Assembly: GCF_006345805.1 (NCBI RefSeq) | Contig: NC_043001.1 | Location: forward strand, 130,882,001-130,946,000 | Direction of reading: 5' to 3' | DNA: 64,000 nucleotides | From: Octopus sinensis | Taxonomy: Eukaryota | Shown: in pieces, positions 1 through 11,646 of the stretch | How positions within the stretch are numbered: position 1 is the first letter of the stretch | How the letters are laid out: the number at the start of each line of letters is the position of its first letter | Translations under genes and position numbers: made by a program | Notes under the pieces: generated by a model | Databases searched by the model: none | The model's input: the letters and a program-made list of their open reading frames with translations, nothing else | What the model was told of the DNA's origin: nothing

Positions 1-71
1 TATATACATATATATGTATATATATATATATATATATACATACACATATATATATCTATACATATGTATAC

Positions 72-110
<39 letters not shown>

Positions 111-499
111 AATGTAATGTACACATATTTGAATACAAATACATTATCGTGGTAAATATTTATGCGAGTATTTGAATATATATATACAAAAACTCATATA
201 AATATGATATGAATATATCTGTATTGAAATATGTATCTATTTAAACACTTAATACACTCAGATTTAAGCACATGTAACAACTTAGATAAACATATATTGT
301 GTATACCCGTATGTATATTAAGAAATACATTTACATAACTACTAATATATGTTTGAATATGTACATGATATGTATGTGTATCTGATAACCTGAGTTTCTA
401 GGTTTAGAAAAATCACATGGTCTTTGTATGTTCAGATTTATGAAAAGTATGGGTTACTTAAATTCTCGTAGATGTAGGTCTGTTAGCTAGAGAAATGCA

Positions 500-1445
500 T
501 CCCCTTCTATAACGATGACCTAGCAAACAATGGCTTCAAAGATAGGTTATATTACAACTCTTCAATTAAAAATACAAAACCTAAAAACAAGCCAAGAAAA
601 ATAAAATGGTTCACTCCACTGCCACCACCATGAAATTCCTAGCTCTTTTAGATAAGCATTTCCTTTTAAACCATAAATACAGGAAGATTTTTAATAGACA
701 CTTGATAAAAATATCATACAGCTGCTACATCAATATGAAGAACAGTGTCACTTGTAAGCTGTACCAAGAGTCTACCCTTGGGTGTAACTGTCATGACCCT
801 GAAGCTTGCCCACTTGACCAGGCATGTATGATAAACTCTATCATCTACGAAGCAGATTTCACAGAAATGCTTCAAGGCAACAAATTTGAAAAGAAAAATT
901 ACATTGGTTTATGTGAAGGCAATTTTAAAAGACATAAGCACCATCCGTTCGTGGTCGTTTGCCAGCTCTGTCTGGCACCTGTGCGGGTGGCACGTAAAAA
1001 GCACCCACTACACTCACGGAGTGGTTGGCATTAGGAAGGGCATCCAGCCGTAGAAACACTGCCAGATCTGACTGGGCCTGATGAAGCCTTCCGGCTTCAC
1101 AGACCTCAGTTGAACCGTCCAACCCATGCTAGCATGGAAAACGGACGCTAAATGATGATGATGATGATGTTGCAAACCACCATTTTTTTTTCCAGCACAT
1201 CAAAAACATTAAAGCCTCTAAGATACTTAGCCACATACAGGATTTGTAGATCAACTGCATATTACATATAATCAAGTGGAGATTCATGGAGAAATAATTT
1301 ATGCCATATGTAAATTGATCAAAGAGATGTAACTTATGCGTAACTTAAAGAATGCGATTCTTTTTAGATTCAAGAATTCCATCACACTACTTAATTCCAG
1401 TTCTAAAATTTTCAGCAAATACAAGCATATACACAAATTTCTTTA
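500..1445 (+). mobile_element. Penelope-like element remnant (C-terminal linker plus GIY-YIG endonuclease), frameshifted and interrupted by an RTE 3' fragment
   Basis: ORF 606-1034 reads KFLALLDKHF..NHKYRKIFNRHLIKISYSC..CNC...CPL..ACMINSIIYEA...YIGLCEGNFKR. After the insertion, IIKWRFMEK, KRCNLC and LLNSSSKIFSKYKHIHKF appear across frames. These motifs match the PLE GIY-YIG region. Confidence 0.85.
941..1169 (+). mobile_element. RTE-type LINE 3' UTR fragment with (GAT)n tail
   Basis: ggtggcacgtaaaaagcacc...ggttggcattaggaagggcatccagc...ggacgctaaa(tga)n, the same sequence that follows the RTE ORF end at 48370-49020. Confidence 0.8.
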
Positions 1446-1717
1446 GACAGAAAAGAGAACACCACCCTCTCTGGATTTAATAGCTGTCTCATAGAGTTTG
1501 GACTCCTCTCTATTGGATTATTCTACTGCAGCTAATTTGATTGTGATTTCTATAGACAAAAACATAAATCTAGTTTTCTTTCTCTCCTTTCCCTTTTTTT
1601 CCATTTTCATTCACCCGTTGTCTTCCCATTCTACTTTTTGCATCAGCCTTCTTCTCATTTTTTTCTCATGGTTTCTCATGTACCAGCATCCTGATTTTCA
1701 AATAGAATAAACATGTT

Positions 1718-2126
1718 AGGCGCAGGAGTGGCTGTGTGGTAAGTAGCTTGCCTTCCAACCACATGGTCCCGGGTTCAGTCCCACTGCGTGGCATCATGGG
1801 CAAGTGTCTTCTACTATAGCCTCGGGTCAACCAATGCCTTGTGAGTGGATTTGGTAGACGGAAACTGAAAGAAGCCTGTCGTATATATGTATATATATAT
1901 ATGTGTGCGTGTATGTTTGTGTGACTGTGTTCGTCCCCTAGCATTGCTTGACAACCGATGCTGGTGTGTTTATGTCTCCATCACTTAGCGGTTCGGCAAA
2001 AAGAGACCGATAGAATAAGATCTGGGCTTACAAAGAATAAGTCCCGGGGTCGAGTTGCTTGACTAAAGGCGGTGCTCCAGCATGGCCGCAGTCAACTGAC
2101 TGAAACAAGTAAAAGAGTAAAAGAGT
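1718..2126 (+). mobile_element. SINE family A, full length
   Basis: tRNA-like head (gtggctgtgtggtaag, gggttcagtccc), internal (TA)n/(TG)n, tail ggcggtgctccagcatggccgcagtc...(gtaaaaga)n; many copies in the window. Confidence 0.85.
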
Positions 2127-2900
2127 ATGTGCACAGAACCTGAAGATTGCTTGGCGACACAAGGTACATTATAAAATCTGCCTAACCACATGTCTGAAAG
2201 GTAAGAAATTATTAGTAGCTCTTATTTTAATACAGTGAAGATTGAATGATTTATATATGATAATATTTATACATATATATTTGTGTAGTGGGGACCACAC
2301 TTGTATTTATAGTTAAAACTAGTGCTGAATCAAATAGTACAACTTAACCATTCAGTAAATATAGGTTGATAAAATAAGTACTCGATATGTGCTGTGGGCT
2401 AATTCAAAATTTTTAATTCTTCTCTTCAAACCATTTATACATTTAAGGGCTTCAGCCAATCAGTGTTGAACATGCATCTGCCCATTATATGCAGGCCTGA
2501 ACAAGGTTTGCATGATGATGATTAGCCATTTCCTCTCATGTACTTAAGTCTCTTCTCTCTATGTTACCCTCCAATGTCATTCTTCAAGTGAAAGGCTTCT
2601 GTCTAGAGGACAATGCATCTTGACACTAATGTCCTTGCGAGCACTGCTGTCAGAAAACGATGAGCTGGAAGAGATACTGCTAGGCATCTTGTCTGATGCT
2701 TCAACAGTTCCATCTAGTCCTCTGCTCTGGTTTATTACTTAAGTTTACCTGGCAGAATTCAGTTTCAGAGCACAGCAAATCAGAACAAAGAATGCAAAGC
2801 TTTCTATCTAATATTCGAATAACTGTACCAATTTTCTACCTTAATGTTATATATATATATATCAATAATTTTAATTCAATATTTTAAATATTATCCAATG

Positions 2901-3140
2901 CACCAATCCGACCGTGGCCGATGCCAGCCTCGCCTGGCTTCAGTGCAGGTGGCACGTAAAAAGCACCCACTACACTCACGGAGTGGTTGGCATTAGGAAG
3001 GGCATCCAGCTGTAGAAACATTGCCAGATAAGACCGGAGCCTGGTGCAGCCTTCTGGCTTCCCAGATCCCCGGTCGAACCGTCCAACCCATGCTAGCATG
3101 GAGAATGGACGTTAAACGATGATGATGATGATGATGATGA
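2901..3140 (+). mobile_element. RTE-type LINE 3' UTR fragment
   Basis: Same 3' UTR sequence ending ggacgttaaac(gat)n. Confidence 0.8.
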
Positions 3141-3470
3141 TTCTATCAATCACAGATGGGAATGGAAAGTCTCTTACCATGTTTCTGATGAAGTACACTG
3201 CTTTGTGTGTTTCAATTAATTTTGAAAATAATGAAGAAATTAATAAAATTACTTGTCATTATTAAGCTCTTGTTTGGAGCATAAATTAACATGAAAGGTT
3301 TTAATTTAAAACGAAGGTTTTAATTTAGATAACTTTAACACACAAAGCTTGTATCAAAAACAAAAAGCTAGGGGTGGTCTCAGGTGGGATGATATCAAAA
3401 GCGCCAATCAGGTAAAGCATCATGGATGTTTTGTAGTATTACTTATTTATATTCCTTGCCTGTCTGACTT

Positions 3471-3960
3471 CAAACTCAAACTTGGATTCTACAGGTCATT
3501 TCAAAAATCCATAAGAAGATATATGCACATAACTGGCTGTCTGGAGAGAAGCTTGCTTACCAACCACAGGGCTCTGGGTTCATTCCCACTGTGTGGCACC
3601 ATGGGCAAGTGTCATCTACAATACAAACTCAAACTTGGATTCTACAGGTCATTTCAAAAATCCATATGAAGTTATATGCACATAACTGGCTGTCTGGAGA
3701 GAAGCTTGCTTACCAACCACAGGGTTCTGGGTTCATTCCCACTGTGTGGCACCTTGGGCCAGTGTCATCTACAATAACCTTGGGCCGGCCAAAGTATTGA
3801 CGGTGGATTTAGTAGACAGAAACTGAAAGAAACCCATTGTGTGCGTCTGTGTTTATTCCCCCATCACCACTTGACAACTGGTGTTAGTGTGTTTACGTCC
3901 CTACAAAAGAGACCAATAGAATGAGTACCAGGCTTAAAAAATAAGTACTTGGGTCAATTC
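3471..3960 (+). mobile_element. Diverged SINE A with a local 153-bp tandem duplication covering its 5' flank and head
   Basis: caaactcaaacttggattctacagg... occurs at 3471 and 3624, followed by degenerate SINE A body. Confidence 0.65.
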
Positions 3961-4216
3961 ATTCAACTAGATATAAAATGGTAAACAACTGAGGTCAGTT
4001 GTGTTACTTAATATACGTCTTGTTGCCTTCCATCACACTATCCTTCCTCACCACAACTTTCCCCTACCTCCCAACTGCATTCCTTAATCACCAGCCTTCA
4101 CCTCCCACTAACTGTCTACCAAAGCTTAAGGATTCTGGGATAGCTGGTCTATTCCCCTGCCATTTATGGTGCCAGTAATCTGGACTACCTCAACATTATC
4201 AATATATATGTATGCC

Positions 4217-4635
4217 AAGGTGGTGAGGAAGCAGAATTGTAAGCATACCGGGTGAAATGCTTAGTGGTATTTTATCTGCGTTCAAATTCCGAGTTCAAAT
4301 TCTGAGTTCAAATTCCGCCGAGGTCGACTTTGCCTTTCATCCTTTTGGGGGGGTCGATTAAATAAGTACCAGTTACGCACTGGGGTCGATATAATCGACT
4401 TCATCCATTTGTCTGTCCTTGTTTGTCCTCTCTGTGTTTAGCCCCCTGTGGTTAGTAAAGAAATAGGTATTTTGTCTGTCTTTATGTTCTGAATTCAAAT
4501 TCTGCCAAGGTCAACTTTGCCACTCATCCTTTCGGGGTCAATAAATTAGGTACCAGTTGTGTACTGGGTTCGATCTAATCAACTAGCCTGCTCCCCCAAA
4601 ATTTCAGGCCTTGTGCCTAGAGTGGAAAAGAATAT
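4217..4635 (+). mobile_element. SINE family B with duplicated body
   Basis: gttcaaattccgccgaggtcgactttgcctttcatcc...gtaccagttacgcactggggtcgat occurs twice head-to-tail. Confidence 0.75.
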
Positions 4636-4994
4636 TCATGCATGTATGCCTAGACAACTGGTTTTGCACACATAAACCATTTAACCATACAGGCAACTCA
4701 TCAAACTCATTAACCAGAAGTACATAACCTCTATACAACTGGAGTGAGGAAGAGGTCATGGTCAGTTAATTTTGTAAAAAAACATCTCCAGAACGAAATT
4801 CCACTGGTTAGAAAAGCGCAATCTGTTTACAAAATTTGGCTAACAAATTTGATAAGTTGCTTGTACAGTTAAGTATTTTATAGGAACAAAATCAGTCGCC
4901 ACTCTGTGACTGGCCATAACTAACAACCTTATTAGTATTATATCTCTAATGTTTTAGAGTGTGCTTCTTTTCAGATATATGAACTTGTAAAGGG

Positions 4995-5242
4995 TAAAGA
5001 ACCCCTTCAGTCACGAATGACCATAGGATTGCACCTACAAAGTTCACCTCTGAGGCACAAGTCTAGGCAAGCAGTCGCCCATGCATACCAGCCTCTCCTC
5101 TCCACACCACCAATGTTATCAAAGAGGAAGGCAAAGGCTGATACAACTTGGCACCAGTGACATCGCAACTCATTTCTACTGATGAGTGAACTGGAGCAAC
5201 AAGAAATAAAGTGTCTTCCTCAAGAACACAACACACAGTCCA
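4995..5242 (-). mobile_element. SINE family G, headless
   Basis: Matches the body of the full copies at 10131-10452 and 47503-47838. Confidence 0.75.
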
Positions 5243-5331
5243 GAAGAGGTCACAGATATGAGAAAAGATTTCCAGACAATGGACATGACTTAAAATAATA
5301 AAATAAGAACAGTAATAAACAAGTAATAAAC

Positions 5332-5760
5332 AGGCATAGGAGTGGCTGTGTAGTAAGTAGGTGTAGGAGTGGCTGTGTGGTAAGTAGCTTGGTTACCAAC
5401 CACATGGTTCCGGGTTCAGTCCCACAGCATTGCACCTTGGACAAGTGTCTTCTACCAAAGCCTTGTGAGTGGATTTAGTAGATGGAAACTGAAAGAAGTC
5501 TGTCATATATATGTGTATGTATGTGTGTGTGTGTGTGTGTGTGTGTATGTTTGTGTGTCTGTGTTTGTCCCCCCAACATCGCTTGACAACCAATGCTGGT
5601 GTGTTTACATCCCCGTAACTTAGTGGTTCAGCAAAAGAGACCAATAGAATAAGTACTAGGCTTACAAAGCATAAGTCCTGGGGTCGATTTGCTCAACTAA
5701 GAGCAGTGCTCCAGCATGGCCACAGTCAAATGACTGAAATAAGTAAAAGAGTAAAAGAGA
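5332..5760 (+). mobile_element. SINE family A
   Basis: Family A head (first ~27 nt doubled), internal (TG)n, gtaaaaga tail. Confidence 0.85.
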
Positions 5761-5894
5761 AGGTGAAGAAAAAATATACAGTGCGTGTGTTTATTTGGCA
5801 AAAAAAATGACCCTCCCAAAATACAACAATATCTATTTCAACACGATTTCACATCAGGAATCTTGCAAAATGAATTGATAAATACATACATACG

Positions 5895-5930
<36 letters not shown>

Positions 5931-6441
5931 AAAGTAAATAAATAGTACAACAAGGCACCAATATTTACTGGAAAATAGCAATCGATATAAATACGTCGCT
6001 ATTGTATAGCTTCACTGCGTATATACTAGCAAAGACGCGTGTGTGCAACAAATATGAAAAAATTTTGTCTTACCTCAAGGAAAAATGGAAAACCTAGAAT
6101 AGGATAATGCAGGACCGGTTTCAGACTCTTCAAATACGTTTGACAACGTAGATTTGATTTGTCTTCATCAGCTGCATATACCTAGACAATATTTCAAATG
6201 TTGCCACATCTATGCCAGTACACTCGTCTGAATGCCAAAACATTAACAGAACGAGAACAGTGAAGAAGTTTCAATGAAAATAATAATGCGATACGAAAGT
6301 ATTGCTTTCCAGTAAAAGATAGCCCGAAAGGGTAAAATTAAACATATATAAGTAAATAAATGGTACAACAAGGCACCGATATTTACTGGAAAATAGCAAT
6401 CGTAATAAATACGACGCTATTGTATAGCTTCACTGCGTATA
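5931..6441 (-). mobile_element. Direct-repeat-bounded unit carrying a hammerhead (Penelope pLTR or retrozyme-like)
   Basis: ~93-bp direct repeats at ~5931-6023 and ~6349-6441 (offset 418) enclose a canonical hammerhead; the unit abuts (TA)n. Confidence 0.6.
6107..6177 (-). ncRNA. Type I hammerhead ribozyme, canonical core
   Basis: Minus strand: AUGCAG-CUGAUGA-AGAC[extended hairpin]GUCU-GAAA-CCGG-UC-CUGCAU. 6-bp stem I, 4-bp stem II base, palindromic ACCGGU stem III, GUC triplet. Confidence 0.8.
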
Positions 6442-7051
6442 ACAGAAGTAACAGAGTGACTCAAGGTCCAAAAGTCCAAGGGCTTACTGCATTGGCACTT
6501 ATGAAATTCTCACAGCTTGTATCACTTTGTTACTTTTACTAAATATTAATTAAAATATACAGATACTCATATACTGAGTTTTATTTTACCTGTTTGCATC
6601 AACATACCTGTATGTGTATGTGTTGGGGGATCCCATACAGTTTCTGTTTATCAAATTCACTTACTAGGCATTGGTTGACTAAGAGTTATAGTAGAAGATA
6701 CTTGCTCAAGGTGTCACTGCTTCTCTTGTTACTTCATAGTTGAATCATTAACAGTAAGAGTGGGCATCCTGATATAAATACTGTTGCTTCTCCAAACAAA
6801 CTACTGTAAACACAGGCTTAAGTCAGCAAAGAAAAATATATTTTACTAATTTGAAGTATCAATTTGTCCCATTATAAAGAAAGGGAAAGATAGCCAAGGA
6901 CACACCTGGTAAACCAAATCGTAATTGAGGTAGCATGGCTAGAACTTTTAAGTAATTAGAATTACATCCTTTGTGAGGAGAAATAATAATTCTGGTTGAT
7001 AAAGACAAGGGGGACAACTCTGAAATTTCATCTAAATAAAATTAATGAAAA

Positions 7052-7625
7052 CGAGAATCTCACTCCCACACTACATTTTCTACATGGTATTTTGAATTAA
7101 TTTTTGTTAATAATAGAATTTCACTAATCCCCCATGACATTGTCTACATTCTATTGTTAATTAATTTTTCTTAATTAAAAATAGATTTTTAACTCCCATG
7201 CTACATCATTCACATTCTATTTCAGATTAATTCTTGTTTAATAAAATAGAATCTCCCTCACCCCACTGTAATTTCTACATTCTATTTTTAATTAATAATG
7301 TTAATTAAAATTAGAATCTTACTCATCCACTGCATTCCCATAATCTATTTTTATTAATTTTCATTAATTAAATATAGAATCTCACTCTCTCACTCTATTC
7401 TTCATATTCTATTTTTTATTAATTTTTAATTAATTAAAAAAAAGGATCTCATTTCTCCACTACATTCTTCACATACTATACTAATTCATTTATGTTAATT
7501 AAAACATCACCCATTGCATAGTCTACATTCTATTTTTAATTACTTTTTTTCTTAATTAAAAACAGAATCACACTACCCCACATTGCCCAAAATATATATT
7601 TTTAATTAATTGTTATGAATTGAAA
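7052..7625. repeat. Degenerate ~60-bp minisatellite, about 9-10 units
   Basis: Recurrent aatagaatctcac...ctacattctatttttaattaatt. Confidence 0.75.
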
Positions 7626-8060
7626 TTTTGGCGGTTATCCCCTCTCGCTTTTCTTGACAAGAAGAAATAATTAAACTAACAATTTACTTTCTTCTCAACA
7701 TGGGTGAAGTTTTAATTAATTTAAATTTACAGACTAAATTTAGTATGTTAGCACCATATTGATTAAATAGTATCTGGCCCCACGCACTACATAAAATAAT
7801 TTTAGCACACTGTGAAAGTATAATAATTTATACATAAGGGAGTTTTAAAAAATGGTAGGAGTTATGATTTTATTGTTAAATAAATGAAAAGATTTAACCA
7901 AATCTAACTGAAAAACAAGCCAAATGAAATGAACTAAAATTTATTTAAAATTAGATATAGCTTTTGAAATTCCTCTTTCATATACACTGGTCAAAAGTTT
8001 ACATAGTCATGCATAAAAACACAGACACACGCACACATAAATATATGTATATATATATAT

Positions 8061-8436
8061 ACCAGCCACATGGTTCTGGGTTCAGTCCCACTGCGTGGCA
8101 TCTTGGGCAAGTGTCTTCTGCTATAGCCCCAGGCCGACCAATGCCTTGTGAATGGATTTGGTAGATGGAAACTGAAAGAAGCCTGTCGTATATATGTATA
8201 TATATATATGTATGTGTGTTTGTGTGTCTGTGTTTGTCCCCCTAGCATTGCGTGACAACCGATGCTGGTGTATTTACGTCTCCGTCACTTAGTGGTTCAG
8301 CAAAAGAGACAGATAGAATAAGCACTGGGCTTACAAAGAATAAGTCCTGGGGTCGATTTGCTCGACTAAAGGCGGTGCTCCAGCATGGCCGCAGTCAAAT
8401 GACTGAAACAAGTAAAAGAGTAAAAAGAGTAAAGAG

Positions 8437-8437
<1 letters not shown>
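8061..8437 (+). mobile_element. SINE family A, 5' truncated
   Basis: Family A body and tail. Confidence 0.85.
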
Positions 8438-8465
<28 letters not shown>

Positions 8466-8467
<2 letters not shown>

Positions 8468-8615
8468 TGATAAAAATGGTAAGAATGAAAGATATTATGT
8501 AGATAGAGGAATTTATCTGTAAATGTAATATGTGACAATTATTCAGTAGCCAAGATAAATCTCCAAGTTTCGGATGCCGAGGTGGAAATCCGCACCGCCA
8601 TCTCTTCAGTTATCA
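8466..8615 (-). mobile_element. PLE-terminus-like repeat with degenerate hammerhead (same family as 10724-10947)
   Basis: Minus strand GAUAA-CUGAAGA-GAUG...CAUC-C-GAAAC...UUAUC; homologous to 10724-10845. Confidence 0.55.
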
Positions 8616-8905
8616 CACTGTATGACGGGTTTCTTTCAGTTTCCATCTACCAAATCCCCTCACAAGGCTTTGATCAGCCCAAGGCTATAGGAGAAGACAT
8701 TTGCCCAACGTGCCATATATATTGGGTCATCCCATAAGTAATGAGGTTTTTTTTCAATTGCATGAACTAAAAGTCAGTGAGAGACGGGATAAAGTTTGGT
8801 GTTTAAATGAACTCCCTGGTCAGTCATCTAGCTAAGTAAAATTCTGGGATTTTGCACTACTTTAATGCCCTACAAGTCACTACATATATATATATATATA
8901 TATAT

Positions 8906-9204
8906 AAATTAGAAAAAAAAACACCTTTAATCAATTCAATAATGAAAAATTAAATTATACCATTTAGAAAAATTACATATTATAGAAAGATTAAGTATAA
9001 GATAAAACATATAACAATGATTAAGTAATGTGCAAAATAGTAAATAAAACGTATATATTTGGCTTACTTATTATTTTGCACATTACTTAATCATTGTTAT
9101 ATGTTTTATCTCATACTTAATCTTTCTATAATATGTAATTTTTCTAAATGTTTAATTTAATTTTTCACTATTGAATTGATAAAAGGTGGGGTTTTTTCTA
9201 ATTT
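8906..9204. repeat. Foldback element, ~140-bp inverted arms with ~17-nt spacer
   Basis: 8906-9046 is the reverse complement of 9064-9204 with a few mismatches; (TA)n on both sides. Confidence 0.85.
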
Positions 9205-9295
9205 ATATATATATATATATATATTACATTTTGTGAAATCTGATTTCGTATTTCTAAATGAATTTTTCCATGTAAGTTTGGAATAAAATTCCCTC

Positions 9296-9342
<47 letters not shown>

Positions 9343-9348
<6 letters not shown>

Positions 9349-9550
9349 TCCAAACAAGAAAACACAGAAAAAAATACAGCAACGCGAGGACGTGGAACAA
9401 TTAAAGTATTATTTGATGCTCAGGAAAGAAGGGAAGGAGGGTTTAATGTTTCGAGCGGAGCTCTTCGTCGGAAACAAGGAGAAGGAAAGATCCCAAGAAG
9501 GGAAGACAGAGGAGAAAAATATTTTTGCTGGTGGTGCTCAAGAGATCACA
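9343..9550 (-). mobile_element. Family E repeat (hammerhead-bearing)
   Basis: Reverse complement of 10487-10693; hammerhead-like motif at 9441-9475. Confidence 0.75.
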
Positions 9551-10130
9551 TATATATATATATATATGTATATGTGTGTGCGTGTGTATATATGTATGTA
9601 TGTATGTATGTGTGTGTGTGTGTGTGTGTGTATACGAAATAATAAGACAAAGACAATTTTTTAACACATCTTGACTGATTCGTTACAACCGTTTCTGTAC
9701 CAACTCTACTTGAAATGCTAGTTTAGGCAAAAATGTGAAGTGAAAATTTGCATAATGTTTGCAGTTTTAGACATTAGAGAGGCACTTCATCAGACTTGTA
9801 TCAAAGGCTTGTAGTCACACTGCGCATCTTCCAGGCCTTGTTTTTTTTTTGGCTTATATCAGGAGGAAATGGAAAATAGATAAAAGTGTAGTTTTGGGAT
9901 GAGTAAGTAGGGTAGAAATTATGTGGTGGGGGAGGAACCAACAGGAAGAAGAAAGAGGAGAAGAAGAAGTAGAAGAAGAAGAAAAAGCTAAACAACAGAT
10001 AAATTAGGTAGGGGCCATATGTAGCAAATTGGTTTACCTGGACATAGGCCAGTGATCAGTCAGTACCACTATTCTACTGTTACCAAAATTCATTTGATGG
10101 ATAATAATTTATGTGTGTGTGTGTGTGCAC

Positions 10131-10452
10131 GTGGAGGCACATGGCTCTGTGGTTAGACTGTTGGGTTTCTAATCATGAGGTTGTGAGTTAAATTCCAGGA
10201 CCGAGTTGTGCGTTGTGTTCTTGAGCAAGATATTCTATTTCAGATTGCTCCAGTTCACTCAGTAGAAATGAGTTGCGTTGTCACTAGTGCCAAGCTGTAT
10301 TGGCCCCTTGCCTTTCCCTTGGGGAACATTGGTGGTATGGAGAAGGGAAGCTGGTGTGCATGGGCAACTGCAGAAACAACCTTACCCAGACTTGTAACTC
10401 GGACGGGAACTTTCTAGGTGCAACCCTATGGTCATTCATGACTGAAGGGGGT
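10131..10452 (+). mobile_element. SINE family G
   Basis: tRNA-like head gtggaggcacatggctctgtggttag...gagttaaattcc; central ttgtgttcttgagcaag...gctccagttcactcag. Confidence 0.8.
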
Positions 10453-10486
10453 GGTCACCACCTCCTCTTATATATATATATATATA

Positions 10487-10693
10487 TTGTGACCTCGTGT
10501 GTACCGTTGGCGATTTTTTTTCCTCTGTCTTCCCTTCTCGGGATCTTTCCTTCTCCTATGTTTCCGATGAAGAGCTCCGCTCGAAACGTTAAACCCTCCT
10601 TCTTCCCTTCTTTCCTGAGCATCCAATAATACTATATTTGTTCCACGTCCTCGCGTTGTTGTGTTTTTTTGTGTTTTCTTGTTTGGATTAACT
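10487..10693 (+). mobile_element. Family E repeat (hammerhead-bearing)
   Basis: ~200 bp, flanked by (TA)n, four copies in the window. Confidence 0.75.
10560..10594 (+). ncRNA. Minimal type I hammerhead-like motif with CCGAUGA core
   Basis: GUUU-CCGAUGA-A-GAGC(UCC)GCUC-GAAA-CG-UU-AAAC. Confidence 0.6.
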
Positions 10694-10723
10694 ATATATA
10701 TATATATATATATTGGTAAAAAT

Positions 10724-10946
10724 GGTAAGATAACAAAAAGAAAGAAAGAGACCTCAATATTATGTAAATAGAGGAAATTTATCTATAAAATAATATGTTA
10801 CAATTACTCAATAGTCAAGATAAAACTCTGAGTTTCAGATGCCGAAGATGGCCAGATAACCGAAGAGATGGTGTTGTGGATTTCCACTTTGCCATCTGAA
10901 ACTCAGAGTTTTATCTTGACTATTGAGTAATTGTAACATATTATTT

Positions 10947-10947
<1 letters not shown>
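10724..10947. mobile_element. PLE-terminus-like repeat in inverted arrangement
   Basis: 10791-10842 is the reverse complement of ~10893-10945; homologous to 8466-8615. Confidence 0.65.
10854..10916 (+). ncRNA. Type I hammerhead-like motif
   Basis: AGAUAA-CCGAAGA-GAUGG..GUGGA(UU)UCCAC..CCAUC-U-GAAA-CUC(A)GAG-UU-UUAUCU. Confidence 0.6.
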
Positions 10948-11007
<60 letters not shown>

Positions 11008-11499
11008 CTGGCATCAAGTGCACAGGTGTGTGGTGTTGTAGTGTGAGATTTCGATGTGGGGCAGAAGATGAATAATGAATAGCTGTATTTTTCCATGTGC
11101 GACAAACAATAACCACTGGATTGGAAACAATGTAACCTTCTGTTTCGAGTCCAGGTTTTTAGTCCGTTTATACAACCATTGACATTTCATAACCAAATAT
11201 GAGCACACACATACACACATTCACACACATAGTTATAAATACTCATACACATTCATGTAATTGTTTTTTTTACATCATTTGTAGCTCTTTAAATAATGTT
11301 TGGTGCTGTTTTGTTTTGTTCTCTTCGTCGGGGATTTTTCGTAGCTGCCCTTAAATACTTTCTGCCTCTTTGTTTGACAGGATGCTGTCTATTTGAACAA
11401 TTCTGATTCAGTTTGAAATATTATCACATATTTCATTATATTTTATATATCGATTTTTCTTTATTTCATTTATTTTTTTTTTTTCACTGCGAAGAACAA

Positions 11500-11615
11500 A
11501 CATGAGTTTCATACCAATACCAACAACAGCAAAAGAAACACCACCATCCCTGCAACTGCCAACACATCTGACATCACTACTACTACTACTTTTACTAATG
11601 CGGTAGCTGCTGCTG

Positions 11616-11646
<31 letters not shown>

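Noticed and set aside
3200-3400. Weak similarity to the interior of the piggyBac-like MITE
   Set aside because: Too diverged, and no TIR or TTAA ends were found
5990-6023. CAGUGA-AGCUA..UAGC motif in the direct repeats as a hammerhead
   Set aside because: No GAAA or stem III follows, and a competing long hairpin forms
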